Shown here: positions 37,418-47,100 of the stretch, one piece after another
Layout: each line of letters begins with the position of its first letter
Position numbering within the stretch: the first letter of the stretch is position 1
Origin: Polyangiaceae bacterium
Lineage (GTDB): Bacteria; Myxococcota_A; Polyangia; Polyangiales; Polyangiaceae
Direction of reading: 5' to 3'
NCBI GenBank assembly: GCA_033763455.1
Contig: JANRKO010000033.1
Span: forward strand, 1-64,000
DNA: 64,000 bases
Notes under the pieces: generated by a model
The model's database searches: none
Told to the model about the DNA's origin: nothing
Seen by the model: the letters and a program-made list of their open reading frames with translations, nothing else
Position numbers and translations under genes: made by a program

Positions 37418-39145
37418 TCACGCCTTAATCTTGACCTCGATGGCCTTCGAAGCCGCGTTCTGCGCCGTTCTGCGCACGTGGCTCTCGACTGCTTGCTGCT
37501 GAAGGATCCCCAGCACGCTGTTGGTGAACATGTATACGCCGAGCCCAGCCGGTAGGAACAGCATGAATACCGTGAACATGGCCGGCATGAAGTACAGCAT
37601 CATTTTCTGCTGGGCTGGGTCTCCCGCCTGCATTGGCATCAACTTCTGCTGCACAAAGGATGTCAACCCGATGATAAGAGGCAGGATGAAATACGGGTCC
37701 GGCTGAGAAAGGTCCGGAAACCACAAGAACGGAATATTGTACAGCTCCACGGCCGTCTGCAGCGTGGTGTAGAGGGCGAACCAAACGGGCATGCTCGCTA
37801 GCTGAGGCAGGCAACCTTTCAGCGGATTCACCTTGTGCTTCCGCCAAAGCTCCATTTGTGCCAGGCCCTTCGCCTGCGGATCGTCCTTATACTTGACGTT
37901 GAGTTCGTCGAGCTCGGGCTTGAGCTCACGCATCTTCATCATGCTCTTTATCGAGGGCACGCTGAGCGGAAACAGCAACGTGCGTGCCGTAATAGTGAGC
38001 ACGATGATCGCAACTCCCCAATTAGGGATGATGCTGTAAACCTTGAGCAAGAAGGCCACGAGCACTTTCGCGATCACCGAGAAAAATCCAAGATCGATGA
38101 GCTCATCGACGTGATGGTGCCCACCACCGACCTGGCTAAGCGCCGTGCGATCCTTGGGCCCCACGTAGGTGAGAACGCTATACATTTGCTCTTGCCCAGG
38201 TGTTAATACCTGCGGTGGGTACGCCAGGCGGGCGCGATACATCGCGCCGGATTGAGGATCATCACTCGCTTTGGTGTGCCGCGACGCGTCCCAGCGCTCT
38301 TCGATCTGGAGCTGGCACACAGGGACCGCAGGCGACGTCCTGGGAATGAGCGCGTGGGAGAAATACGCGTTGGAAACCGCGGCGATGTCAGGCTGGCCTG
38401 GAATTTGGCGCCAATCCCCTGGATTTACTGGCGTCTCCACAAAGCCCTCGCCCGTGAATTTTTCTGGCTCGAAATCCTGATCAAGGAGCCGAACAGCTGT
38501 GCCAGCCTTATCTATACACTCTACGTGCGTCACGAACGGGCTAACGCTGAACATGTGCCCCGCAACCTCGCTCTTGGTGCGCCATGCCACGGTGTGAATC
38601 GTGAGGGCGTGCATGCGCTTGTCGGAGGCTAGATTTTTGATCGTTGCGGCAGCTTCGAGCTCGTAGGGATTACCTGTAACCCGGACGGTTCGCGTCAGCT
38701 CAACGTTCGCATCCTTGTAATGAAAGACGCACTCCTTGTCCGTTGCACGAACAAGCTCATAGTTCACAAGGTCAAAGTCGAGCTGCCACGGAATGTCTTT
38801 GCGCTTGGCGCCCTCATTGCGCCACAAGAATGCGAGCTGTTGCCGCAATGGCACGTCAGGAGTCGTTGAAAGCTCCTGGGCTTTGCCGTACTTGACGTAC
38901 TTCGGTGCGATCAACGCAAAGTGCTTGAGCGACGCCCCCTTCGACGAAAGCGTGGCGTGAAAATCCGCACTCCGCAGGTCGCACAAGCGTTCACCTGCAC
39001 CCAAAGGTGAAACAGCCACCGTTTCGCGCCTAAGCGGCTGCGCAACGAGCGACGAATCTCCACCGAAGAGCTTCGAGCCGAAGAGGTAAAGGAGGACAAT
39101 GAGTCCGCCGATGAATAGAAACCGAAAGGCGCTGTCGCGTTCCAT
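37418..39145 (-). CDS. yidC: Membrane protein insertase YidC
   Basis: YVGPK, NWGVAII.LT, NPLKGCLP, PAGLGVY. Confidence 0.97.
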   Translation of the reverse strand: MERDSAFRFLFIGGLIVLLYLFGSKLFGGDSSLVAQPLRRETVAVSPLGAGERLCDLRSADFHATLSSKGASLKHFALIAPKYVKYGKAQELSTTPDVPLRQQLAFLWRNEGAKRKDIPWQLDFDLVNYELVRATDKECVFHYKDANVELTRTVRVTGNPYELEAAATIKNLASDKRMHALTIHTVAWRTKSEVAGHMFSVSPFVTHVECIDKAGTAVRLLDQDFEPEKFTGEGFVETPVNPGDWRQIPGQPDIAAVSNAYFSHALIPRTSPAVPVCQLQIEERWDASRHTKASDDPQSGAMYRARLAYPPQVLTPGQEQMYSVLTYVGPKDRTALSQVGGGHHHVDELIDLGFFSVIAKVLVAFLLKVYSIIPNWGVAIIVLTITARTLLFPLSVPSIKSMMKMRELKPELDELNVKYKDDPQAKGLAQMELWRKHKVNPLKGCLPQLASMPVWFALYTTLQTAVELYNIPFLWFPDLSQPDPYFILPLIIGLTSFVQQKLMPMQAGDPAQQKMMLYFMPAMFTVFMLFLPAGLGVYMFTNSVLGILQQQAVESHVRRTAQNAASKAIEVKIKA

Positions 39146-39178
39146 CCTAGATTAGGTCTTGCATTTTAGGGGGATGGG

Positions 39179-39499
39179 TCACTCTCGGCGGGGGTTCGAC
39201 GAGACGCCCCCTTTAGCACGCCTAGCCAGAACCCCAAGGAACTTCACACGAACTTGAGTCAACCTTTCGGCCTTTTGGCCGGAGCTCGGTGGCGGCGGAT
39301 CAAAGCCGCCCGGATTGAAAGGATGGCACCTGCAGATGCGACGGAGGCCAAGCCATGAGCCCATGATTGGGCCGTGGAGCTCCACGCAGGCCAAAGTATA
39401 ACGAGAGCAAGAGGGCTCAAAGCGGCAGCTTGGCGCGAGTAGCCTTGATAGCGTCCGCTGGTACAGACGGATCAGAAATACGATCAGCCGAGTGACCAC
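39179..39499 (-). CDS. yidD: Membrane protein insertion efficiency factor
   Basis: CRFEPSCSRY, RCHPFNPGGFDP. Confidence 0.95.
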   Translation of the reverse strand: MVTRLIVFLIRLYQRTLSRLLAPSCRFEPSCSRYTLACVELHGPIMGSWLGLRRICRCHPFNPGGFDPPPPSSGQKAERLTQVRVKFLGVLARRAKGGVSSNPRRE

Positions 39500-39538
39500 G
39501 TTGCCGAGTGTGCGTCGAGGGAGTCCTTCGCGCCAGCG

Positions 39539-40018
39539 TCACGGTGTATCAGTTTCCGCGTTTGCGGCTTCCGCGTTTGCGGCGGCGATGGTTTCCGCAG
39601 CCCTTGTCGCGGCAGTACGAGCTTCGGCGATGCGTTTTTGGATCTGCCGCTCCACGCGCCGCCATTCCTCAATCAGCGCAGAGAGCTTGAGCTCCCCGAG
39701 CGATTTCCTAACGATCACCACCACATCTACATCCGGCGGCAAAGTGCCCCGCTGTTGGCGAAAAACCTCGCGAATGAGCCGTTTGGCGCGACTCCGCTCC
39801 GGCGAACAACCCGTCTTTTTGGGAACGGTAATGCCCACGCGAGCGCGATCCGGCGGCTGCAGTGGCCGCCTCAACGCTCGCATTGGTCCGCGTAGATGGA
39901 CGAGCAACACCAGGTGTGGAGTGACCACACGACTCGCCGACGCTTGGATCAATAGGAACTCAGAGCGCTTGCGCACCCTGGAGCGGGAAGTGAAGCGGCC
40001 GTGGGCCGCCGTGTTCAC
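39539..40018 (-). CDS. rnpA: RNase P protein component with Ala-rich C-terminal extension
   Basis: [30 protein letters not shown]. Confidence 0.92.
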   Translation of the reverse strand: MNTAAHGRFTSRSRVRKRSEFLLIQASASRVVTPHLVLLVHLRGPMRALRRPLQPPDRARVGITVPKKTGCSPERSRAKRLIREVFRQQRGTLPPDVDVVVIVRKSLGELKLSALIEEWRRVERQIQKRIAEARTAATRAAETIAAANAEAANAETDTP

Positions 40019-40164
40019 TTCTCGTACGCGGTGACGGCCAGACGCCAGCGTCCCTTGCGGCGACGATTCTTGAGGATCTTCTGGCCGCCGCTGGTGTTCA
40101 GCCGCTTGCGAAAACCGTGAGTGCGCAGACGACTAAGAGTGTGGGGCTGATAAGTGCGCTTCAT
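40015..40164 (-). CDS. rpmH: 50S ribosomal protein L34
   Basis: MKRTYQP...R.RTHGFR.R.....G..IL..RR.KGR. Confidence 0.97.
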   Translation of the reverse strand: MKRTYQPHTLSRLRTHGFRKRLNTSGGQKILKNRRRKGRWRLAVTAYEK

Positions 40165-40311
40165 TTCTAGGGACTTTCGCTCAGGGGGGCGGGAGCTAGC
40201 CACGTCCCTTTCTGAGAGTCAAGCAATTCTCGACCCCTGAACCCCTGCTCAGACTAAGAATTCTGGGGGCGCTTGCCACTCGAAGAAGGCCTATGCTAGC
40301 CAGCGGTCATC

Positions 40312-40479
40312 ATGCGCGACAACGTACGATTGGTTTCGTCGGCCGGCACCGGCTTCACCTATTACACGAACAAGAACAAGCGAACCCAGACGAACAAGCT
40401 GGAGTTTAAGAAGTACGACCCAGTAGTGCGTCAGCACGTGGTCTTTAAAGAAGCGAAGATGCCGCCTCACAGCAAGTGA
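40312..40479 (+). CDS. rpmG: 50S ribosomal protein L33, Cys-free type (below the ORF-track cutoff)
   Basis: Manual translation [55 protein letters not shown]. Confidence 0.96.
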   Translation: MRDNVRLVSSAGTGFTYYTNKNKRTQTNKLEFKKYDPVVRQHVVFKEAKMPPHSK

Positions 40480-40515
40480 GCAAGCGTCTTTAGTTTCTGG
40501 TTTGCTCCAAAGCTT

Positions 40516-40548
40516 AAGCCGGCTCCTCGTAAGGGAGCACCGGCTTTT
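40516..40548 (+). terminator. Intrinsic terminator between rpmG and the convergent CAP gene
   Basis: AAGCCGG-CTCCT-CGTA-AGGGAG-CA-CCGGCTT-TT. Confidence 0.65.
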
Positions 40549-40549
40549 G

Positions 40550-41749
40550 CTATTTTGTTCGCCCAAAGAGCTGTGAGGTCCACACTCGGCCGTCAGCGCC
40601 ATAAGCGACGCCCACGCCTATGGCATCAAAGTCCGGCCGCAGCAGAGTGAAGCGGTGCGAGGGGCTGTGCCAGAGCAAGCGATGAACTCGTCCGAGCGAA
40701 GCCGCTGTGGCCACGTTCTCTCCGATGAGCTGTAGCTCGACCGAAACGCGCGCTTCCCGCAGCCTGGCTTCCGCACCACCATTCCCCAAATTGTGCGCCA
40801 ACGTTTGGGCGTCGCGCATCGACGCCGCGTGCGCCTGCGCGATCGCGTCGAGCTCGGGTAGCCTCGCAAGGGCACGCAAGCCCTCTGATTGGCGAGCCCC
40901 ATTGAGCATCGCCAGGAGCCTGTCGCTGTCAGAGGAGCCCGCTCCTGTGTTGGCAGCTTCTCCAGGCGCCAGGGGCCACGCGCCTTCGTTTGATGGTTCC
41001 CGGTCGGCGAAAACCAAGGCTTCGGCCGCTGGAAGTGGACCAAGGCGTCCTGCGGCGATGAGTTGCACCGTCCAAGCGCCTGGCTCGGAAAGCGAAAACC
41101 GAGCTGTCAGCTCGTCGTCGCGGACGGTGAGCAGAGCCTGCCGTGGGCGCCCGCGCGGACCTTGGATAAAGAGCTCCGGCGCGACCACGCCACGCAAGCG
41201 CGCTCCAAACGTCAACCATTGCCCCACCCGTGCGCGTGTTGGAAAAGGCTCCACGTCCACCGAGGTTTCAGCCGCCACGACAGCTAGGATGGCCGGTGCA
41301 CCGTGCGAATGTGTGCGTGCGACACCACAACGTGTTTGGCCCTCACCACGGGTACGCTCTACCCAAGCCTGAACGTGCTCAGCGATATCTGGGTTCGGCA
41401 GTTTCGTTTGCCACTGCCTCGGCCATAGGTACGGAGCCCCGGCTGCTCTAAGTTCCAAATGGAGCGAACCTACATCAAAGAAACCTCCACCTTGAGCGCG
41501 GATAGCCAGTCGCTCGGCCGCGCGTTGAAGCGCTTGATCAGGTGCGCCGCAAGCCTGGTAAACGCGCGCAACCTCCGCAGCAGGCGTGGCGTCGAGCGGC
41601 TGAGGAGAAAAGGACTTCTCGGCCCAAAGCCGCTCAGGAGCCACCGGCTCCGGGGGGACCGGCGCCTTATCGCGCGACGCCAAAGTGGGGCCACACCCAA
41701 TGGCGAGGAGGGCCAGAAGTAAACCAAAGCAACGGTTCTTCACCGGCAA
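40550..41749 (-). CDS. CAP/SCP-domain lipoprotein
   Basis: Lipobox AIGC; LN.AR...GL, AQAHA.SM, GENVA, SPSHR..LL...F..IGVGV. Confidence 0.88.
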   Translation of the reverse strand: MPVKNRCFGLLLALLAIGCGPTLASRDKAPVPPEPVAPERLWAEKSFSPQPLDATPAAEVARVYQACGAPDQALQRAAERLAIRAQGGGFFDVGSLHLELRAAGAPYLWPRQWQTKLPNPDIAEHVQAWVERTRGEGQTRCGVARTHSHGAPAILAVVAAETSVDVEPFPTRARVGQWLTFGARLRGVVAPELFIQGPRGRPRQALLTVRDDELTARFSLSEPGAWTVQLIAAGRLGPLPAAEALVFADREPSNEGAWPLAPGEAANTGAGSSDSDRLLAMLNGARQSEGLRALARLPELDAIAQAHAASMRDAQTLAHNLGNGGAEARLREARVSVELQLIGENVATAASLGRVHRLLWHSPSHRFTLLRPDFDAIGVGVAYGADGRVWTSQLFGRTK

Positions 41750-41869
41750 TCACAGTAGCCGAGCGTGCGCGGGGGTACCAGCGCTCGGCACCTTCGCCAG
41801 CCCCACGAACTTTAAGGCAACCGTGCTGTCGACCGCGCTACCATGTCTTGGTAAGTTTGCGGGAAGCGA

Positions 41870-43333
41870 ATGCGGACGATCTCGACAGCGGCAAAGGTAG
41901 GGTTCTTTGCCATCGTGACCACAGCCGCGGGAGCGATGATCTATCGCTTCGTTGATAAATCGTCGGGCAGCCGCGACGGCTATGTCGTCTACGCACTCCT
42001 CAAAGACGCGATGGGTGTGGCTAAGAACAGCCAAGTCCGCATGGCGGGCATTCCAGTGGGCACCATCGAGAGCGTTCGATTAGACAACGGCCGGGCTCGT
42101 GTCGACATCCGGGTGAACCGTGATGTTGCGCTGTACGACGACGCGTCGCTGTCGAAAGTGATGTCCAGCTTGCTCGGCGAATACGTGGTTACGCTTGCGC
42201 CAGGGACACAGGGCAAGCGGGAGCTGCGCGATGGGGACGAGGTCCATGTGGTAGTGGATGCACCCACCACCGATCAAATCCTAAAAGACGTGTCCGACAT
42301 CGCCAAAGACGTGCAGAAAGTGTCGCGCTCGTTGGCGGAAACGGTGGGCACCAATCAAGGGCGCGACGACATAAAAGCAATCCTGACGAACCTCGCTCAG
42401 GTTACCGAATCACTGAACCAGACGGTGCGCGAAAACCGTGAGAGCATTCGCACCACTCTCGCAAATATCGAAAACATCACCACGCACTCCCAACCGGAAC
42501 TGGTAAAGATCCTGGAGAACGTACGTGTGCTCACCAGCGACGTACGCGACATGCTCGCCAAGCCCGACGCTGAAGGCCAGAACCCCGGCGATATCCGCGA
42601 AATCGTGGGCCGCGTGAACAACGCGAGCAAAAGTCTGGAAAGTGCCCTGCAAAACATCGACAGCGTCGCCGGTCGGCTTGAGCGCGGGGAAGGTACGCTG
42701 GGCAAGCTCACCAAAGATGAACACCTCATCAATGAAGTAGAGGGTGTGGCTGAAACGGTGGGAGACTTTGTAGGCGGGCTGAACCGTCTGCAAACCCATG
42801 TTGGGTTACGATCAGATTACCTCTTTTTAACGGGTTCGGTGAAAAGCTACGTGGAGCTTCGGCTGCAGCCGCGTGAGGACAAATATTACCTTGTGGAAAT
42901 CGTCAATGATCCACGAGGTTTAACCCGTTTTGAGCAAGTAGATGTCCGCACCACCAACCCCAATGATCCCCCCGCCTACCGTGAAGTGCGGACCGTCACG
43001 ACCAACAGCTTTCGTTTCTCCCTCCAGTTCGCACAAAATTTTGGCCCTTTCACCGGCCGTTTTGGCATCAAAGAGTCCACGGGGGGCACCGGGCTAGATC
43101 TGCATCTGTTTCAAAATCGCTTTGAACTTCGCCAGGATCTTTTCGGCTTCGGCGAGGTGGTGTTGCCCCGCTGGCGCGTCTCGCTCGGCTACGAATTCGT
43201 GAATCGCCTGTGGCTAATGGCTGGCGTGGACGACATGCTAAGCCCCGATCGCCGCGACTATTTCGTAGGCATGCAACTGCTCTTCAACGACGAAGATCTG
43301 AAGAGTGTGCTGCCATTTGCGCCGTCTCCGTAG
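41870..43333 (+). CDS. MlaD/MCE-family protein
   Basis: GVAKNSQVRMAGIPVG.IES, SLLGEYVV.L.PG; helical repeats; beta-rich C-terminus. Confidence 0.9.
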   Translation: MRTISTAAKVGFFAIVTTAAGAMIYRFVDKSSGSRDGYVVYALLKDAMGVAKNSQVRMAGIPVGTIESVRLDNGRARVDIRVNRDVALYDDASLSKVMSSLLGEYVVTLAPGTQGKRELRDGDEVHVVVDAPTTDQILKDVSDIAKDVQKVSRSLAETVGTNQGRDDIKAILTNLAQVTESLNQTVRENRESIRTTLANIENITTHSQPELVKILENVRVLTSDVRDMLAKPDAEGQNPGDIREIVGRVNNASKSLESALQNIDSVAGRLERGEGTLGKLTKDEHLINEVEGVAETVGDFVGGLNRLQTHVGLRSDYLFLTGSVKSYVELRLQPREDKYYLVEIVNDPRGLTRFEQVDVRTTNPNDPPAYREVRTVTTNSFRFSLQFAQNFGPFTGRFGIKESTGGTGLDLHLFQNRFELRQDLFGFGEVVLPRWRVSLGYEFVNRLWLMAGVDDMLSPDRRDYFVGMQLLFNDEDLKSVLPFAPSP

Positions 43334-43418
43334 TCGCCATCAAGCAAAATAGGGCCCGCAAGGCCCCACGGGGCTGACCGTTGACGACAGCACAAGAGAA
43401 GCCTAATTCCTGAGGACT

Positions 43419-44990
43419 ATGTTGCTGCGCTCAGCCGCTTGGTTTTTCGCCCTTTCTGTCGCTCTGGTGTTGGGTGTGGCGGGGTGCGGGAAAAACCGCG
43501 AAGCTGAATCGCTCCCCCCGAAAACTCCGACGCTCAGGATCTATGCGCTCGGCACACTTGCGGGTGCGATGGAGCCGTGCGGTTGCGTAAAATCGATGCT
43601 CGGAGGTGTGGACCACGCAGCAGAACTTTTGCGCAAGAAGCAATCGGAAGTTGAGAATTCGCTCCTCCTTGCCGCTGGCCCGCTTTTCTTTCTGAACCCT
43701 GAGCTCAACGCGAAATCTCAGACACAAGAGCTTTGGAAGAGTGAGGTTGTGGCCAAATCGCTGCGCAGCATGAAGCTGCGCGCTTGGGCACCGGGCCTTA
43801 ACGACTGGGCGGGGGGCCCGGAATACTTCAAGAAGTTGACCGAGCTTTCGGGGGCAAAGCCGCTTGCTGCCAATATTGGGCAACAGCCACCGATATGGAT
43901 GACTGAAGTTGGGAAAACCAAAATTGGCGTGGCGGGAATTTCTGTGCCGCTGCGCAACGGAATAGGACCGAGCGGCCTAGCTGTGCAACCACCGGAAGAA
44001 GCGCTGCGCCGCGCACTTTCCGAGCTTAACAAAAAAGGTGCCCAAGTTCGCATTGCGCTTTTGGCTTTACCGCGCGGGGATGCTCTGCGCCTGGCCGAAA
44101 AAATTGAAGGATTTCAGCTGATAATTGTTGGAAAACCCTTCGATGAGGGAGAGCTCAACGATGAGCCCGTGCCGGCGGTTGTGATTGGCAAGACACTCGT
44201 GGTTGCCCCACAAAACCACCTGCAATCCCTCGCGAGTGTCGACCTCTATGTCCGCGCGGATAGCTACGAGTTCGTAGATGCCTCTGGGCTCAGCCTGCGG
44301 GAAGAATTTGATGTGGAGCAGCAACGCGTGCAGGCACTACAGAAGATGACGCCGCCCCCGAGCGAACTTGGCCAACGAAAGCAAGCCCTCGCAGAAATTG
44401 AGAGGCGCCTCCAAGAGTATAAACGGCCAGTGCCGCCCAAGAGCGGAAGCTTCTTCTACTATCAAACGGCCAAGGTGCACGAGGCAGATGGCAGCCACGA
44501 CAACGTGAAGGCTGACATGGATGCCTATTACCGCCGCGTGAATACGCACAACAAAGAAGCTTTCAAAGATCGGCTCCCTGCCCCAGCTCTGCCCGGTCAA
44601 AGCCACTACGTGGGTGTGCAAGTATGCTCTACGTGCCACCAGGAGGAATATGCGTTCTGGCGCACCACCCGTCACGCGGGCGCATACACGACGCTATCGA
44701 CACAAAACAAGGAATTTAACCTCGATTGCGTGGGCTGCCACGTTACGGGTTATGAAAAGCCCGGCGGCGCCACCGTGACGCACATGGAGACCTTGCAAGG
44801 AGTTCAGTGTGAAACTTGCCACGGGCCAGGTTCGCGCCACGTGGAAAAGCCAGCCGGTGAAAAGCTAATTTCCCGTTCGCCAGCTCAAACCCTCTGCGCC
44901 GCCAGCTGCCACCACCCGCCTCACGTGGGGCGTGAATGGACGGTGGGGCAGGCGTGGCCACACATTATCGGGAAGGGGCACGGCTTTTAG
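43419..44990 (+). CDS. Lipoprotein: UshA/metallophosphoesterase-like domain fused to a c554-like multiheme cytochrome c
   Basis: Lipobox VAGC; EPCGC....LGG; CSTCH, CVGCH, CETCH, CAASCH. Confidence 0.85.
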   Translation: MLLRSAAWFFALSVALVLGVAGCGKNREAESLPPKTPTLRIYALGTLAGAMEPCGCVKSMLGGVDHAAELLRKKQSEVENSLLLAAGPLFFLNPELNAKSQTQELWKSEVVAKSLRSMKLRAWAPGLNDWAGGPEYFKKLTELSGAKPLAANIGQQPPIWMTEVGKTKIGVAGISVPLRNGIGPSGLAVQPPEEALRRALSELNKKGAQVRIALLALPRGDALRLAEKIEGFQLIIVGKPFDEGELNDEPVPAVVIGKTLVVAPQNHLQSLASVDLYVRADSYEFVDASGLSLREEFDVEQQRVQALQKMTPPPSELGQRKQALAEIERRLQEYKRPVPPKSGSFFYYQTAKVHEADGSHDNVKADMDAYYRRVNTHNKEAFKDRLPAPALPGQSHYVGVQVCSTCHQEEYAFWRTTRHAGAYTTLSTQNKEFNLDCVGCHVTGYEKPGGATVTHMETLQGVQCETCHGPGSRHVEKPAGEKLISRSPAQTLCAASCHHPPHVGREWTVGQAWPHIIGKGHGF

Positions 44991-45939
44991 CGGCGTGCCC
45001 CGCTGTGCTGTCGCTAGCACGTTCAAAGCAATTGAGTGGGATCTTGCGTCGAGCACGCACACTCTCGGTTGCATCGAAGAATTTTGAACTTACCGGATCG
45101 TGATACCCGCTGGGCCACTCCGTGGAAGGTGCATCCGGCAGGTAATAGGCGGAGATGCGATCCATCAGAAGCTCCCTCAGGTACTTTCCAACCAACGACG
45201 CCAACATCACGAGTGGATCTTTGGCATCCGCATCTTGGAGAAAATGGATGTTGCCAAGGCCCGGGAAACGATACGCGCTGTGAGGGCGAGAGTGCTCCAG
45301 CGTGACCCGCAACCGGGACGAAAGAGGCCCGAAAAACCGCTCATAATCGGCGATTCCACCCACTTTTCCGCAGATAGCTTCAACCTCCCCGCCGGCTTCT
45401 TCTCGAAGCTTTAGGATCAGGCGCTCCATCGCATGCAGATCTAGAACAAAACGGTTCTGCCCTGCGCGCCAACCATCGTTGAGAACCTTCGAGCACAATA
45501 CACTGTTCTTCACGCCCAGGAGCCGAACGCCCCCGCTTTCGAGCTTCGTGAGATGCCGCCGCAGCCGCGCAACAAGCTCAGGACTTGAGCTAAATTTCTC
45601 GTGGCTTGTGGACCAACACTGCCCGCGCGCGCTCTTCGGGCATGGCGATTGCAGCGCTTCGACGCCTTCGAGCGAAACACTTTGCAGAAGCTCCTCCGGC
45701 GTTTTGATATCCGGTGAGGAGAGAGCGCGAGCCCAAGCCTCACCGAGCTCGACATTTCCGTGTGAAACCAGCCGTTTGGAGTCATCCAGATCAGCGCGGA
45801 GAGCTTTGGTTAATTTGCGCTTGAGAGTCGCCGCTCCAAGTTGCGGAGAGACTTCGGCAAGCGTGGCGGTGACCAACATCGGTCCAATGCGGGCCCCTAG
45901 CCCGTTTTCATCCACACCGATCCGATACTTGAACGTCAA
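44965..45939 (-). CDS. RNase HII-like protein
   Basis: IGVDENG.G...GP, DDSK, DAD.K...V..AS..GK, SGY.DP. Confidence 0.8.
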   Translation of the reverse strand: MTFKYRIGVDENGLGARIGPMLVTATLAEVSPQLGAATLKRKLTKALRADLDDSKRLVSHGNVELGEAWARALSSPDIKTPEELLQSVSLEGVEALQSPCPKSARGQCWSTSHEKFSSSPELVARLRRHLTKLESGGVRLLGVKNSVLCSKVLNDGWRAGQNRFVLDLHAMERLILKLREEAGGEVEAICGKVGGIADYERFFGPLSSRLRVTLEHSRPHSAYRFPGLGNIHFLQDADAKDPLVMLASLVGKYLRELLMDRISAYYLPDAPSTEWPSGYHDPVSSKFFDATESVRARRKIPLNCFERASDSTAGHAAKSRAPSR

Positions 45940-45953
45940 GCTAGCTCGGCCTC

Positions 45954-46202
45954 TTACCCGCCCTGGACCGGCGGGATCAAGGCTACTGTGTCCCCGTCCT
46001 TCAGGCGAGCTTCGCCATTTCTAAACTCCTCGTTTACAGCGAAGCGGACGCTCCCCAAAAACCCCGAGAGGCGCTGATCTCGAGTTTCAAGAAACGTGCG
46101 CAGCGTGGCCACAGTGGCCTCCGCGTCGGGCAAAAACACCCGTTCCTCTCCTGCACCCATGAGGTCACGCAGGGCCGCAAAATAGAGCACCGACACTTGC
46201 AT
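45954..46202 (-). CDS. moaD: MoaD/ThiS sulfur carrier
   Basis: VLYFAALR, FAVNEE, DGDTVALIPPVQGG. Confidence 0.9.
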   Translation of the reverse strand: MQVSVLYFAALRDLMGAGEERVFLPDAEATVATLRTFLETRDQRLSGFLGSVRFAVNEEFRNGEARLKDGDTVALIPPVQGG

Positions 46203-46231
46203 GCTAACGACCTCGGCTCGGAAACCCCCGC

Positions 46232-46813
46232 TCAGGCGAGGAGCTCAACTTTGGCAACCGGATAGCCCGCCGGGCGCTGCACGGCGTACGAAAGAGCAAG
46301 GATCTCCACCAAAACCACCCGATACACGGCGTGGACGTCATCCACGTCGATATCGTGAGCATGGGCTTCCAGAGTCGAATCGATATGCTCGTGGACGAAC
46401 TCGAGTAGATGCGGCTGCTCCATGGCAATAATATCGTCGCTGTCCAGCGCCTCGGCTGGATCGGCGCGGCGCAACTCTTCGTCTAACTCAAGCAGCTGCT
46501 CTGTGGCGTCTATCTCCTGCTCCTTCACCTCGTCGATATGGTGCGCATGAGCCTGTTCGAAGGCCAACCACACCGCGAGGGTCAGAAAATAACCCAGAGC
46601 CAGAGCCGTCTCATCAAGTGGCTTGTTGAGGCCTTCCGCGACCCGATTGGCCAACGCAGGCTGGGTACGTTCAAAGCGCTCGAAAGCATCATCCAGCTGC
46701 GTCCGCGCGTCTTCATCATCCTCGCTCAGGCTTTCCCGAACCGACTCCAACGAATGAGCCTGGACCTTGGCGTAGCCAGGAACGGGACGGATAGCTGAGC
46801 GGCGAACCCACAC
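46232..46813 (-). CDS. Acidic helical hypothetical protein
   Basis: Strong coding-like ORF (FERTQPAL, EQPHL); start inferred at GTG 46813. Confidence 0.7.
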   Translation of the reverse strand: MWVRRSAIRPVPGYAKVQAHSLESVRESLSEDDEDARTQLDDAFERFERTQPALANRVAEGLNKPLDETALALGYFLTLAVWLAFEQAHAHHIDEVKEQEIDATEQLLELDEELRRADPAEALDSDDIIAMEQPHLLEFVHEHIDSTLEAHAHDIDVDDVHAVYRVVLVEILALSYAVQRPAGYPVAKVELLA

Positions 46814-47100
46814 AATCCACAGGCTAGCACGACGGCAGGGCACCGGGGGAATGGGCAAACCCGTCCAAAACACCGAAAAGGCGACTCCGGCCCAAAGAAC
46901 AGGGGGCGGCCGAGCTTGCCTGTGCCGTAGCCGCAAGGATTCACGAAGGAAATTCGCGCAACACGCCGTGCTGACCTCAGTCTACCACGGCCGTGTAGGT
47001 AGTTGCACGAGCCTGTGCCCTGGAAGAAATTGGACGACCTCCTGCTTTGCTATGGGATATCTCAACCTGGCAACCTTGCCATGAGAGACAGCACTTGAAC

